Source: a virus
Lineage: Duplodnaviria > Heunggongvirae > Uroviricota > Caudoviricetes
DNA length: 64,000 nt
Virus record (IMG/VR): IMGVR_UViG_3300031993_000024
Location: 64,001 to 128,000 of that record
Strand: one strand, 5' to 3'
The notes below the pieces were generated by a model. That model saw only the letters and a program-made list of their open reading frames with translations. It was not told the DNA's origin and ran no database searches. The position numbers and the translations under genes were made by a program. Shown one piece after another: positions 9,927 to 19,713 of the stretch (positions are counted from its first letter, which is position 1; every line of letters starts with the position of its first letter).

Positions 9927-10214
9927 ATGATTACAGATAAGGAAAAAATAGAAGAGATAGTACAGATGTCTAACGCGTACCAGGTGTACGACGTGGTTGA
10001 TTTCGACGCCTTACGTGAAGCTCTAAGGGAAGACTTGCTCGAAATGGCGCAATGGAAAGATGAATGTCATAAGGTGGAAATGGAGAAGTGTGCGAAGGCG
10101 AAAGAGCAACAGATTTTCTCAATACTGCACCAGTTTGGATATGACTCCGCTCTTGTGGCAGTTCAGCATTATATTTCTACTGTAAATGAAGAGAGTCAGT
10201 TACATAAACAATAA
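9927..10214 (+). CDS. hypothetical protein, family E
   Basis: LLEMAQWKDE. Confidence 0.75.
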   Translation: MITDKEKIEEIVQMSNAYQVYDVVDFDALREALREDLLEMAQWKDECHKVEMEKCAKAKEQQIFSILHQFGYDSALVAVQHYISTVNEESQLHKQ

Positions 10215-10218
10215 GGAA

Positions 10219-10413
10219 ATGAAACGACAATATCGGAGAAATATAGTTAGGAGCTGTATCAATTCTGAACTTTCGAAACGAATAGCTTCAGAATATGCCG
10301 GTAAAGACATAGGCGAGCTTGATGTTGAAGTCGCATGCAGTGAAATCGCTAAACTGAAAGACGAAAAGTTTGACGAAGAAAGAAAATTTATGTTTGACGA
10401 GCTTCTCAAATGA
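10219..10413 (+). CDS. hypothetical protein, family E
   Basis: CSEIAKLKDEKF. Confidence 0.7.
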   Translation: MKRQYRRNIVRSCINSELSKRIASEYAGKDIGELDVEVACSEIAKLKDEKFDEERKFMFDELLK

Positions 10414-10544
10414 CTTGAAAAGAATTCATTGAACTATGTAGGCGTGATTGCGTCAGGACCTTGTTCGATAACGTTATCAGTCAAGGAGCTTGTCAACGAT
10501 TTCAAAAAAACTTAAATGATAAAAGTTATGGAAAAGAACAATGA
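10410..10544 (+). pseudogene. stop-interrupted small ORF MT(TGA)KEFIELCRRD...
   Basis: ATG overlaps the previous stop (ATGA coupling); TGA at codon 3. Confidence 0.4.
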
Positions 10545-11358
10545 AAATTTAACCTTCGAAAAAATGCAGGAGCTTTCGAAATGGAAAGACATGTATGACG
10601 AATTACGGCAGTACGTCTCTATTGAGCGTTTTGTCAAGCAAGCGAAAGCAAACGGGTATGATGACTCGAATGCCGAGAAGCTGTACAGTATTTTCTCTGC
10701 TGGATATTTCAAGAATCTGAGACTTATCGAAAGCGAACTTAACGGTAAGTTTGCGAAATACTTCCCAGAAGCTCTGAATATAGCGAAGGTTGCGTATGAC
10801 AACATACATAACTCAGTCACTCTGCATAGAAGAAGTTACGAAGAGCCTGCTGACATCAGAAGGTACTATTTCGAAAAGAAGGTCGAAGGGCAAGAAGGCG
10901 AAATGGAGGAGGTTGATGTGAACCTTTCAGAATCATCTGATATTCTCGCCCTTGCAGACATCCTGAGAAACCGTACTGACATCAAGTATGTAGGCCATTC
11001 TAAATTCTGTGAAGAAATCGAAACCGACAGCAGGGACAGAAAGAAGATAAAGATATTCGAGGGTGACATTATTTTTGTGCACCACGACTTGCACGACCAC
11101 ATGTTTTCATTGTATAAGGTAAAGGAAAAAGCAGGAGTCTATATCTGCGAGCGGGAAGGATGTTACGTCAAGCTGCGCTATATGCAGGATTCCGGGTATG
11201 TCGATGAAGATGGCAATCTGAACAAATCTGACAAGAGATGCAACCATTACGGCATTACAGGCATAGCTGACGCCCAGCATTTTGATGTCATCGGAAATAT
11301 CTACAAGGATATTTCAGTTCTTATGGACAATGAAATTCAGGAAGAGTCTGAGGATTAG
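10516..11358 (+). CDS. protein with C-terminal YopX-like domain
   Basis: DRKKIKIFEGDII and FDVIGNIYKD match YopX end motifs. Confidence 0.6.
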   Translation: MIKVMEKNNENLTFEKMQELSKWKDMYDELRQYVSIERFVKQAKANGYDDSNAEKLYSIFSAGYFKNLRLIESELNGKFAKYFPEALNIAKVAYDNIHNSVTLHRRSYEEPADIRRYYFEKKVEGQEGEMEEVDVNLSESSDILALADILRNRTDIKYVGHSKFCEEIETDSRDRKKIKIFEGDIIFVHHDLHDHMFSLYKVKEKAGVYICEREGCYVKLRYMQDSGYVDEDGNLNKSDKRCNHYGITGIADAQHFDVIGNIYKDISVLMDNEIQEESED

Positions 11359-11434
11359 TTATGAACTTATAATATATTGGTTATCAGTATAATAAAAATA
11401 ATTTATAGAATCTTCAAACTACTTTTGTTAAAAT

Positions 11435-11447
11435 GTTGTTTTTTATA
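11435..11447 (+). promoter_or_regulatory. GTTGTTTTTTATA motif
   Basis: identical 13-mer upstream of ORF 11474. Confidence 0.7.
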
Positions 11448-11473
11448 AGAAACAAAATAGCAAGGAGGTAAAA

Positions 11474-11944
11474 ATGCAAGTAAAACAGGTTAAGAAAGAA
11501 GTAATGTCGGAAGTCTTTGTTTCTATTGACGGAAAGGAATTTGTCGACAAGTATGATTGCGAGATGCACGAAGCTCAGTATGTCATAGACAGCTGCAAGG
11601 ATATGTTTGAAATCAAGCGAGTATTGTCTTATGATGGTAACAAGCGCCGTATGATGTTCACATATAATGAAATTGCCGCTAAGGAACATCCAGACTTATT
11701 CCGGAAGATGTTACTGCTTTTTATCAATACAGTTATAGATGAAGATTACAAGATTGCAAACATCGTAAAGGTTTCTAATATGTACATCATTTCTCATTTT
11801 CTTGATTCATATAAGTTCAAGCATCAAAAGAAATATGTCATTGAGCGAGAGCGGATGTTTGGTAGCAGCGAGCCGGATTCAATTTCATTGAATGTCATTG
11901 ATGTGGACAACTACCTTGAAGATATTCAAAAGCGAGTGGAATGA
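11474..11944 (+). CDS. hypothetical protein, paralog of 25402-25911; TGA11942 aligns to Trp of the paralog (frame continues to 12013)
   Basis: DGKEFVDKYDCEMHE vs DGKVFERVDDCICHE; C-terminal alignment. Confidence 0.75.
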   Translation: MQVKQVKKEVMSEVFVSIDGKEFVDKYDCEMHEAQYVIDSCKDMFEIKRVLSYDGNKRRMMFTYNEIAAKEHPDLFRKMLLLFINTVIDEDYKIANIVKVSNMYIISHFLDSYKFKHQKKYVIERERMFGSSEPDSISLNVIDVDNYLEDIQKRVE

Positions 11945-12016
11945 CTTAATTCGATATTCGGTTGCAGATATGTAATTTCTGACGATATGCCGAAAAAAGT
12001 AAAATGTAAGTAGCCT

Positions 12017-12217
12017 ATGGGAAAGTTTAATGATATACAAGTATCAGTTCTTGTAAAGACTGAAATCATAGACGGTGTCGAATGGTTTAAGGCGCCGACA
12101 GCAGTCATTGGAGTTTACAGGTCATTAAGAGACGCTCTCCGTGAAAAGGAAAAGCTTGAAGCCGGAAATAAAGACGAGAAAGTGATGTTTGACGTCATCC
12201 ATAAAGTTCTTTTGTAA
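12017..12217 (+). CDS. hypothetical protein
   Basis: ORF track. Confidence 0.65.
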   Translation: MGKFNDIQVSVLVKTEIIDGVEWFKAPTAVIGVYRSLRDALREKEKLEAGNKDEKVMFDVIHKVLL

Positions 12218-12238
12218 TTCTGTTTAAATAAACCAAGT

Positions 12239-12868
12239 ATGAAAAGTAAAAAGGAAATAATTCGTATACTCCACAATGAAGAAGTGCTATTCGCGCAAGA
12301 AATATGCGTAAATGAAGACAAGCGTGCTTTGTCTGATTTCGCGGATAATCCTCTTTTCGTTCACTTCGATGAATATCTGTCGATTCCCAAACAATACGTC
12401 ATCGTGCCGTATATCCATGAGAACTGTCTTCAAGGTTATGAAGTCACGACCTTAAAAGGCGGACATGGACTTGATGACCCATATTTAGGCAAGATATTCA
12501 CAATAGAAGGCCTGATTGATGAATTCTATAAGGAACCTTTGGATACCGCAGCCTGCCAGAAAAAGTCTGTCTTCGACAAGCTTGACGAAATTTCTGAAGA
12601 ATATGACAAGCTAATGAAGAGATTTGATAATCTCGTAGAGACTGAGCTGACTGATGTCTTGAAGGCATGGTTTAAAGAATACCGTTATGATGGCGAAAAG
12701 TTTGAACGTATTGAAAATGTTTATACAAAGCCTTTAAAGAACTGTGCGATACAGGAACCTTTTGTTCATTTCTATTATACCAATAGTAATAACGAAAAAA
12801 CTGAGGGATACTTGTCATTGAATACTTTGAAAGGATTCGAAATGACTTATGAAATAAAATGTGATTAA
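12239..12868 (+). CDS. hypothetical protein
   Basis: ORF track. Confidence 0.75.
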   Translation: MKSKKEIIRILHNEEVLFAQEICVNEDKRALSDFADNPLFVHFDEYLSIPKQYVIVPYIHENCLQGYEVTTLKGGHGLDDPYLGKIFTIEGLIDEFYKEPLDTAACQKKSVFDKLDEISEEYDKLMKRFDNLVETELTDVLKAWFKEYRYDGEKFERIENVYTKPLKNCAIQEPFVHFYYTNSNNEKTEGYLSLNTLKGFEMTYEIKCD

Positions 12869-12889
12869 CGTTTAATAAGTTGGAAAATT

Positions 12890-13204
12890 ATGGATGCTAC
12901 AATAGAAGAAGCAGTAATGGTTCTGCGAACTATTAGAATAGATAAGGAAAAAATTATCGAGAATGAGAAAAAGGTCATTACCGAAGTGTTTGGCAAAGCG
13001 GTAAGAAAATGGTTTGACAAGAATAAAGACATAAACAGAGACGCGCTTTGCCAGGTGGAAGAAGTAAACCTTAACCCTGACGCGCATTCGCCGATGCGGT
13101 TGCCTTATGTCAAATTCAGTTACCTTTGCAATGGAGAAAGCGTTAGACGTGAATGTATCCCCATAAAGGTTCTCCAGAACTATGAAGATGAAGAAACTAT
13201 ATAA
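12890..13204 (+). CDS. hypothetical protein
   Basis: ORF track. Confidence 0.7.
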   Translation: MDATIEEAVMVLRTIRIDKEKIIENEKKVITEVFGKAVRKWFDKNKDINRDALCQVEEVNLNPDAHSPMRLPYVKFSYLCNGESVRRECIPIKVLQNYEDEETI

Positions 13205-13215
13205 AATTAGATATT

Positions 13216-13602
13216 ATGATAGAAGGATTGACAAAAGAAAAGATAGACGAATTCAAGCGTCTTGAAGATGAGTGTAGGACACTTATTCTTGAGAGAGGAG
13301 CAGAAATTATCGAGAAGGCTGAAGAAAGAGGCGTAGAGCTTAACATATCGAAATGTGATGACGTCTCGTTGTATGATGATGATTTCGTAATAGCTGAATA
13401 CTACAGCTCAAGAGGTGAATCCTGGTATGATTATTCAGAAGAAATCCCTATAGACGCGTTTTATTCTGATGAAGCCCTTGAAAAATATTTTGACAGTGTA
13501 CTGCAGGAAATTGACGACAAAGACGAGCAATTACAGCAGGATATAGAAAAGTACGAGCGTTCAGAATACGAACGCCTTAAAGCGAAATACGAGGGAAAAT
13601 AA
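13216..13602 (+). CDS. acidic hypothetical protein
   Basis: ORF track. Confidence 0.75.
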   Translation: MIEGLTKEKIDEFKRLEDECRTLILERGAEIIEKAEERGVELNISKCDDVSLYDDDFVIAEYYSSRGESWYDYSEEIPIDAFYSDEALEKYFDSVLQEIDDKDEQLQQDIEKYERSEYERLKAKYEGK

Positions 13603-13603
13603 T

Positions 13604-14023
13604 ATGGAATCAACTTTTTCTACGAAGCTTGGAGACCTTTTCGGCAGCGAGTATTCCGAACATATCAAGGCAGGCGAGGAATATTGGTATAACTTCGGTG
13701 GATTACGAATAACCGACGGCACTGTCATATATTGGTGCAAGATAAAGGTGACGTATATCCGCTCAGGCGTAATGTTCTATATTTTTGACGGCTATCCGGA
13801 GGCAGGAGAAAGACATGCCGACCTAAATTCCATGATGACTGAGCTTATGGAAATTGCGATACTTGACCCTGTAAAGGATTTAGGAATTCCTGAAGAATCT
13901 TCATATAGGTTTGACGATACGCATACAAAGATAGTCAACTGGAATAATAACGGGGAAGGGAGTCAGAATCCTATTGACAGCGTAATCAATTCAGCTATAG
14001 AAGTTATTAAGAATAAAAAATAA
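13604..14023 (+). CDS. hypothetical protein
   Basis: ORF track. Confidence 0.7.
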   Translation: MESTFSTKLGDLFGSEYSEHIKAGEEYWYNFGGLRITDGTVIYWCKIKVTYIRSGVMFYIFDGYPEAGERHADLNSMMTELMEIAILDPVKDLGIPEESSYRFDDTHTKIVNWNNNGEGSQNPIDSVINSAIEVIKNKK

Positions 14024-14029
14024 GAAATT

Positions 14030-14557
14030 ATGTGGTGCGATAAGAAAAAATCAGGAGAGAAATCTAAAGAAAAACAAGGAGAGGAACAAGAAGAAAAATT
14101 TTATGACGTGAAAGTTCCGAAAGGATACGTCATAGATGAAGAGAAATCTTCTTTTTCAAGAATTGTGTTTAGAAAAGACGTAAGCTGGGCAGAGCGTGCG
14201 AAAACAGTACGTGAAGTCACCGGATATTATATTGATGAATCTGCAATGATTATCAAACAGAATAGTCCGCTACTGTTTACAGAGGACACGTATAACGTAT
14301 TCGCGACGGAGAAGCAGGCTTTGTGCTCGAAGTCTATGTCTCAGATTTCGCAGATACTTCTGCATGACAAAAGGTTTGGCGGCGTCATAAGTCCTGAGGA
14401 ATGGGACAAGGCTAACGCAATAATCGTGAGGGGCAGTAACGGACCTGAGATAAGTCCAGCATCCATATACCAGCTTCTTATATTCAAGAATAAGAAGTAT
14501 GCTACGTTGTTCCTTAAAGAATATCCAGAATTAGTTAAACAATATTTAATGATTTAA
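14030..14557 (+). CDS. hypothetical protein (VKVPKGYVIDEEKSSF motif)
   Basis: ORF track. Confidence 0.75.
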   Translation: MWCDKKKSGEKSKEKQGEEQEEKFYDVKVPKGYVIDEEKSSFSRIVFRKDVSWAERAKTVREVTGYYIDESAMIIKQNSPLLFTEDTYNVFATEKQALCSKSMSQISQILLHDKRFGGVISPEEWDKANAIIVRGSNGPEISPASIYQLLIFKNKKYATLFLKEYPELVKQYLMI

Positions 14558-14561
14558 AAAT

Positions 14562-15068
14562 ATGGGAAATTACAATTTGACTTTTGAAGACGCCCAATCA
14601 TACCAGATTGGCAGAGATTACACACTTGCTGCGAATGACGGCGACATCCACACGGATTACAAGAAGCCGACTCAGACCGAAGGAAACATATTGAAATGGG
14701 CAGACGACACCCACCTTAAATGGATGTCTAAGAAAATCCATGAAAAAAATGTCGAGAAGGGTTTCTATGATAAAAGCCGTGAACTCGGCACAATGCTGAT
14801 GCTTATTGTTTCAGAACTCTCAGAAGCTCTTGAGGCAGATAGGAACGGCAGACATTGCGACATAGAGGAGGTTGCGGCAAGCCACGACATTTCAGACCCT
14901 GTAGTTTTCAAGGGATTCATAAAGGATAGCTTCGAAGATGAGTTAGCCGACGTTTTTATAAGGATGTTTGACCTCTGCGGATACCTCGGTCTCGACATCC
15001 AGAAATATATAGACGCTAAGCTCAAGTATAACGAGCAGAGAGAGCATAAGCACGGCAAATCATATTAA
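14562..15068 (+). CDS. mazG: MazG-like nucleotide pyrophosphohydrolase
   Basis: LIVSELSEALEADR and EDELADVFIR (ExxE...ExxD). Confidence 0.8.
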   Translation: MGNYNLTFEDAQSYQIGRDYTLAANDGDIHTDYKKPTQTEGNILKWADDTHLKWMSKKIHEKNVEKGFYDKSRELGTMLMLIVSELSEALEADRNGRHCDIEEVAASHDISDPVVFKGFIKDSFEDELADVFIRMFDLCGYLGLDIQKYIDAKLKYNEQREHKHGKSY

Positions 15069-15071
15069 AAC

Positions 15072-15084
15072 GTTGTTTTTTATA
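15072..15084 (+). promoter_or_regulatory. GTTGTTTTTTATA motif
   Basis: identical 13-mer upstream of ORF 15107. Confidence 0.7.
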
Positions 15085-15106
15085 TTAAACAAAAACATTT
15101 ACAGAC

Positions 15107-15547
15107 ATGAACAATAAAATTATTTTGGCTTTGCAGGATAAAGAAACTATCTTGGAAGTCGCGAAAGACCCAGAAGTTCAAATTAAAATCAAGGACGCCA
15201 TCATTGACGGTGTAGCGAAAAGAGTGGCCAAGGGTGCTTTCGATAATGACTGCAATGTCAGCAAGCAGCTTCGAGAGGATGTTCTCAAGGCAATGTTTGA
15301 AAAGACATTCCTACGGTCATCGTTTACGAAAGACTACAAAGAGATTTTTGATGCAGCTGTGTCAGAATTGATAGAAAAGTCAGTTCAAGAAAATATCCAA
15401 GGCATTCAAGACAAAATCAACAAGCATATCAATATGTTCCAAACACATGCCGAAGAATTCCTTGCAAACTATGATTTCGAACACCGTGTTAACGAACAGA
15501 TTGAGAAGAAGCTTGGTGAAGTAGTGAAGAAGCTTGTAGAAAAATAA
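15107..15547 (+). CDS. hypothetical helical protein
   Basis: ORF track. Confidence 0.75.
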   Translation: MNNKIILALQDKETILEVAKDPEVQIKIKDAIIDGVAKRVAKGAFDNDCNVSKQLREDVLKAMFEKTFLRSSFTKDYKEIFDAAVSELIEKSVQENIQGIQDKINKHINMFQTHAEEFLANYDFEHRVNEQIEKKLGEVVKKLVEK

Positions 15548-15564
15548 TAAAGGCATAAAACAAA

Positions 15565-16053
15565 ATGACAAAATCAAAAGCATTAAAAATTATTCAGGCT
15601 CTTATAGAGAAATATGGCGGCGACCATGTTCTCTATAAGATTTGCGACGAATATAAGTTTCAGCTGAGAACGACTGAAGACGACATACATAATACAGGGT
15701 TAAGAAGATTCCGTGAAGACTATATCAGGGCATATTACACATTGTCATCCCTGTTTACCGATATTCAGGACTGCGAGAGTCTTTCAGGCAAGGCTGCAAT
15801 AAGCACAACGTCTATGAATTCGATAGGACAGTATGTACGTCAGTGCGACAGCAATATCGAATGGTTTAAATGCCAGCCTATTGTACTTGGCAATTTCGAA
15901 GATTCGAAGAAAGAGTACGACGAGTTTGTCAGCGATGAAACTAATGCGGAACTTATTAAAAAGCACAACGAGAAAATGCGTAGGCTGTTTGGGAATATGA
16001 TGATAGCAGGCAGCGCGCTTATGCAAGGGATTTCTCCAAAGCTTTACGTATAA
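15565..16053 (+). CDS. hypothetical protein
   Basis: ORF track. Confidence 0.75.
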   Translation: MTKSKALKIIQALIEKYGGDHVLYKICDEYKFQLRTTEDDIHNTGLRRFREDYIRAYYTLSSLFTDIQDCESLSGKAAISTTSMNSIGQYVRQCDSNIEWFKCQPIVLGNFEDSKKEYDEFVSDETNAELIKKHNEKMRRLFGNMMIAGSALMQGISPKLYV

Positions 16054-16070
16054 CTTAAAAATAAATTGCT

Positions 16071-16469
16071 ATGACTGATATTCAAAATTTACCAAAAGAT
16101 ATGTTTCATGACGCATGGGTCATAAGACATAGTGGAAGAATCAACAAAGCTGTAATTTATTCAGCAAACTCTGAAGAGGTAAGAGTTTATACTTATGATA
16201 ACGAGTGTAAAAAGGTATATCATACATTCAAATACAAAGACAGTAAATGGATTAGTTTTGATGATATGCTGGTATTTGACTTGTCATCTCAAGAAACAAA
16301 GGATATTATCGCGGAACGCCTTAATAAATACAGTACAAACATACATTCTGATTACAGGCTGGCTTTTGAAAACTACTTGAAACGTATGGAGCTTTTCCGT
16401 GATATTCTTGACAGTAATGCCGCCATTGAAAAAGAAGCTATCTTGAAGCAGCATAATCTAAATAATTGA
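16071..16469 (+). CDS. hypothetical protein
   Basis: ORF track. Confidence 0.7.
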   Translation: MTDIQNLPKDMFHDAWVIRHSGRINKAVIYSANSEEVRVYTYDNECKKVYHTFKYKDSKWISFDDMLVFDLSSQETKDIIAERLNKYSTNIHSDYRLAFENYLKRMELFRDILDSNAAIEKEAILKQHNLNN

Positions 16470-17014
16470 TACTGAAAAATCTTATGGGAAAAGTATTTTT
16501 TACATCAGACCTGCATTTCGGTCATGAGCTTCTTACGCAAGCTTTGAGGAAAATGTCAGCAAAGGAGTCAGACGAGCTTATTATCGAGAACTGGAACAGC
16601 ATCGTTACTAAACACGACAAGGTATATGTCCTCGGTGACCTGACTATGGAGAAACACTCGAATCTTTGTTTGCTGAAACAGCTTAGAGGCGATATAACCG
16701 TTGTAGGCGGGAATCATGACATACAGAAATGCTGCAAGGCGATTACTGGTATGAACATACCTGTTATGGGAGTGCTGAAGTACAAAGGTTTTCTATGTAC
16801 GCATATACCTATTCATCCTCTGTTTCTGAAAGAATGCCGTGGAAACATTCACGGACATATCCACGTACCTGACAGCGAACATGACTACGATATGACGCTG
16901 CCGGCCGGAAGCGATAAATACTATAACGTCAACTGTGAATTCCACGATTACAAACCTGTTGAATTCCAGGAGATAGAAAGTTATTTCAAGCAGCTTTCAG
17001 AAATGAATATCTAA
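16466..17014 (+). CDS. calcineurin-like metallophosphoesterase
   Basis: SDLHFGH, LGD, GNHD, TH, NIHGHIH motifs. Confidence 0.88.
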   Translation: MILKNLMGKVFFTSDLHFGHELLTQALRKMSAKESDELIIENWNSIVTKHDKVYVLGDLTMEKHSNLCLLKQLRGDITVVGGNHDIQKCCKAITGMNIPVMGVLKYKGFLCTHIPIHPLFLKECRGNIHGHIHVPDSEHDYDMTLPAGSDKYYNVNCEFHDYKPVEFQEIESYFKQLSEMNI

Positions 17015-17032
17015 TTATAAAAATAGAAAGAA

Positions 17033-17455
17033 ATGTATATAGCAGTAGATTTTGACGGAACATGCGTAAAGCATCAGTTTCCAGAAGTAGGAGAAGACAT
17101 AGGAGCAGTGCCTGTATTGAAAGAACTTGTAGAGGCAGGACACAAGTTGATATTGTGTACAATGAGGTCTCATCCGTCTGAAAAGACAAAGCACGCCTCT
17201 GAGAAAGGATATATAGCAACTGAAAAGGATACATTACAGGATGCTGTCGACTGGTTCAATGAGAACGGTATAGAATTATACGGCGTTAACGAGAATCCTT
17301 CACAGAAGGCCTGGACGGAAAGCAAGAAGATATATGCGAACATGTATATAGACGACTGCGCTCTCGGCGTGCCGCTTATCGCTGACGGAAGAGGTAATGT
17401 GTTCGTTGACTGGGAAGAGGTAAGAAAGTTGTTGGTAATAAGAAAGGTTCTTTAG
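17033..17455 (+). CDS. HAD-superfamily hydrolase (BT0820-like)
   Basis: IAVDFDGT motif I, CTMR, YIDD motif IV. Confidence 0.8.
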   Translation: MYIAVDFDGTCVKHQFPEVGEDIGAVPVLKELVEAGHKLILCTMRSHPSEKTKHASEKGYIATEKDTLQDAVDWFNENGIELYGVNENPSQKAWTESKKIYANMYIDDCALGVPLIADGRGNVFVDWEEVRKLLVIRKVL

Positions 17456-17456
17456 G

Positions 17457-17729
17457 ATGGAAAATACTGAACTCAATTATGACATCTGCTGCGTTAACTG
17501 CAAGCACTGCATCATATCTGAGACTAACCTGGCAGGAATAGGGACATGCTGTTGCAAGAAGGCTCCATTATATTCAAGGATTTATGGCCAAAGAAGCTTT
17601 CAATACTGCTACAAGGTTCTTGAGAAAAGTGTTATAAACGAATATTGCAAGGACTTCGAGCCTGACTTCACGACAAGGATAAAGATGTGGTTCAAACAAA
17701 AATGGCGCAAACATGGAAAGAAAAATTAG
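17457..17729 (+). CDS. Cys-rich hypothetical protein
   Basis: CxxCxxC pattern. Confidence 0.65.
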   Translation: MENTELNYDICCVNCKHCIISETNLAGIGTCCCKKAPLYSRIYGQRSFQYCYKVLEKSVINEYCKDFEPDFTTRIKMWFKQKWRKHGKKN

Positions 17730-17964
17730 AGAAGACATTGATGACGAACTTATTCAAAGAATTGTCGACGACATTACAGACAACGACACAGAGCTTGTAT
17801 TCGTGGAAGATGAGCTTAAGGCTGCTGTGAAGAAAATGGCCGTTACGAAGAACGAAGAATTCATAAAGTTTCTTACGAGCCTGAAACTAATGACTACTAC
17901 CCAGCATTTGTTTGAAATGATAGATAAGAAAATAGAAGAACTCAAAGCAAATAACAACCACTGA
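17713..17964 (+). CDS. hypothetical protein, distant family E
   Basis: VKKMAVTKNEEF. Confidence 0.65.
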   Translation: MERKIREDIDDELIQRIVDDITDNDTELVFVEDELKAAVKKMAVTKNEEFIKFLTSLKLMTTTQHLFEMIDKKIEELKANNNH

Positions 17965-17965
17965 G

Positions 17966-18682
17966 ATGGATAAAGAGCTGTTCATAAAAATGTATAAGGA
18001 GTTCGGGAATCTTAAAGATACCTGTAACTACCTTCATATTTCACAAGAGAAAGTACAGAAGATACGCAAGGTAGACGACGAGTTTGACGCAGCCTGCAAG
18101 CGTACTACCATAGAGAACTATAAGAAGAGCAAGGTTCCTGAAGGCAAACGCGAGAAGCAAATGAAGGTTTTCCTCGAAGCATATAAGTCAGGCAAGAACT
18201 TCATGACATCACTTAAAGAGTCTGGAATTACGACACACGCGTTTCAGGAAATCAAGAAAACCAATGATGAGTTCCGTAACGAATATGATAAAATCAAAAG
18301 GTCTGTGGGATTCAATACCGTACGGCAAAAGCAGCTTGCTGAAAGTAGGGCGAACGAGACAAAGGTATGCCAGGTTTGCGGGCAGGAACTGCCTTTGACT
18401 GCTTTCAAGTTCTCTGCGTATAAGACGTGCAACGAATGCCTGAAAAGACGGTCTGAGAAGAAAAGCCAGCCGGAGCAGAACACGCCAGCAATGATGGAAT
18501 ATAAGGCATTACGCGTAAAGTATAACGAGTTGATGAAGCTTGCAAAGGAATATGCACTCGAGCTTAACACCGAAAAATATATGGAGACATGTAAAGAAGC
18601 TCAGATTATAGCGTATAAGATGCAGGCCAGGATGCAGACAAAGAAAAATGTTTCTATGGAGGAATATCATATTCCGGTGTAA
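17966..18682 (+). CDS. putative DNA-binding protein (two HTH-like repeats plus C4 zinc finger)
   Basis: two FxxxYK...N...I...DEF repeats; CQVC...CNEC. Confidence 0.5.
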   Translation: MDKELFIKMYKEFGNLKDTCNYLHISQEKVQKIRKVDDEFDAACKRTTIENYKKSKVPEGKREKQMKVFLEAYKSGKNFMTSLKESGITTHAFQEIKKTNDEFRNEYDKIKRSVGFNTVRQKQLAESRANETKVCQVCGQELPLTAFKFSAYKTCNECLKRRSEKKSQPEQNTPAMMEYKALRVKYNELMKLAKEYALELNTEKYMETCKEAQIIAYKMQARMQTKKNVSMEEYHIPV

Positions 18683-18696
18683 ATCTATAGTCAAAC

Positions 18697-18709
18697 GTTG
18701 TTTTTTATA
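18697..18709 (+). promoter_or_regulatory. GTTGTTTTTTATA motif upstream of the tRNA locus
   Basis: identical 13-mer. Confidence 0.7.
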
Positions 18710-18794
18710 TATGTTATAACGTTAAATCAAAATTTGAAAAGTTATGAAGAAATTTAAATTTTAATCCGTCTGGCGGAGACAAGCGTCATTAGAT

Positions 18795-18834
18795 GGCGTG
18801 ATAGTTCAAATTAGAACAGAACACCGTCCTTTCT
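18795..18834 (+). pseudogene. 5' half of a tRNA-Glu(TTC)-like gene, truncated at the anticodon
   Basis: GGCGTGA TA GTTC...GAAC A CCGTC CT TTC; no T-arm follows. Confidence 0.4.
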
Positions 18835-18906
18835 GGCCCTGTAGTTCAATGGATAGAATAGAAGTTTCCTAAACTTTAGATTCGGGTTCGATTCCCGGCG
18901 AGGCTA
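18835..18906 (+). tRNA. trnR: tRNA-Arg(CCT)
   Basis: D-arm GTTC/GAAT, anticodon arm GAAGT-TTCCTAA-ACTTT, T-loop GGTTCGATTCC; weak acceptor stem, no encoded CCA. Confidence 0.88.
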
Positions 18907-18917
18907 CAAAATCAAAA

Positions 18918-19247
18918 TTGATAAATTCAGTTGTTATGAGTTGGACAGTGAAGTATGCAAGATTCGAAGACAAGGACAAAACAATTTATGCAAAGATTAT
19001 CACGCAAACAGACAACCTTGCATTTCTTATACGACAAGGTAACGACGCAAATGATTACGTACCTCATGCCGTGCTTGCAGTGAGCAAGATTATAGACAAT
19101 GGAATAATTCGCTACGAGAGACTTGTTTTCGGTGAAAATAGGATTCTTGCCATAAGCAAGGCTTCGAAAGTTGAATGGATTACTGAAGATGAATTTAATA
19201 TAGAGCTTAAAAAGTGCAAGGATGGGAATGCGAGCTACCATATATAA
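18918..19247 (+). CDS. hypothetical protein
   Basis: ORF track. Confidence 0.65.
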   Translation: MINSVVMSWTVKYARFEDKDKTIYAKIITQTDNLAFLIRQGNDANDYVPHAVLAVSKIIDNGIIRYERLVFGENRILAISKASKVEWITEDEFNIELKKCKDGNASYHI

Positions 19248-19713
19248 GGTCAGAAAAGAAATCTGGGAAGACTATCTTAATACTGACGATAATGAGAAAG
19301 TGGAAAATTTCTTGAGAGACTGTGACAATATATGCGAAATCCTACATACAGACTTCACGACGGATTTGTTTCGCGATATGGCCACTGACGGAAAAATAAA
19401 AAGGTTTTCTCTTATAAAGGCGTCATGGGAATGCGACATTTTCCAAGGCATACTTGACAAAGAGCTTTTCGAGGTATTCATAGGATACTGCCGCAAAAGA
19501 GTGTCACGCTTGCTTGACTCCATCCGCGAAAATGAGTTATGCGCTAATGAGCATAAGAGAATTTTTGAGTCAGGCATCTATCTGAAGATTAGTGAAGACA
19601 AAGATACTTTGTTGACAAGCACTGATACATGGTTTGACTGTTTATATGAGTCTTTGTACATATACAAGACTATGGATTGGGATAATTACGTTATTTTATA
19701 CTTGATAGGATGA
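19222..19713 (+). CDS. hypothetical protein
   Basis: ORF track. Confidence 0.75.
   Translation: MGMRATIYKVRKEIWEDYLNTDDNEKVENFLRDCDNICEILHTDFTTDLFRDMATDGKIKRFSLIKASWECDIFQGILDKELFEVFIGYCRKRVSRLLDSIRENELCANEHKRIFESGIYLKISEDKDTLLTSTDTWFDCLYESLYIYKTMDWDNYVILYLIG

Noticed and set aside
18766-18834. Complete circularly permuted tRNA-Glu
   Set aside because: Only 14 nt lie between the variable region and the 5' half; there is no T-arm or 3' acceptor strand.
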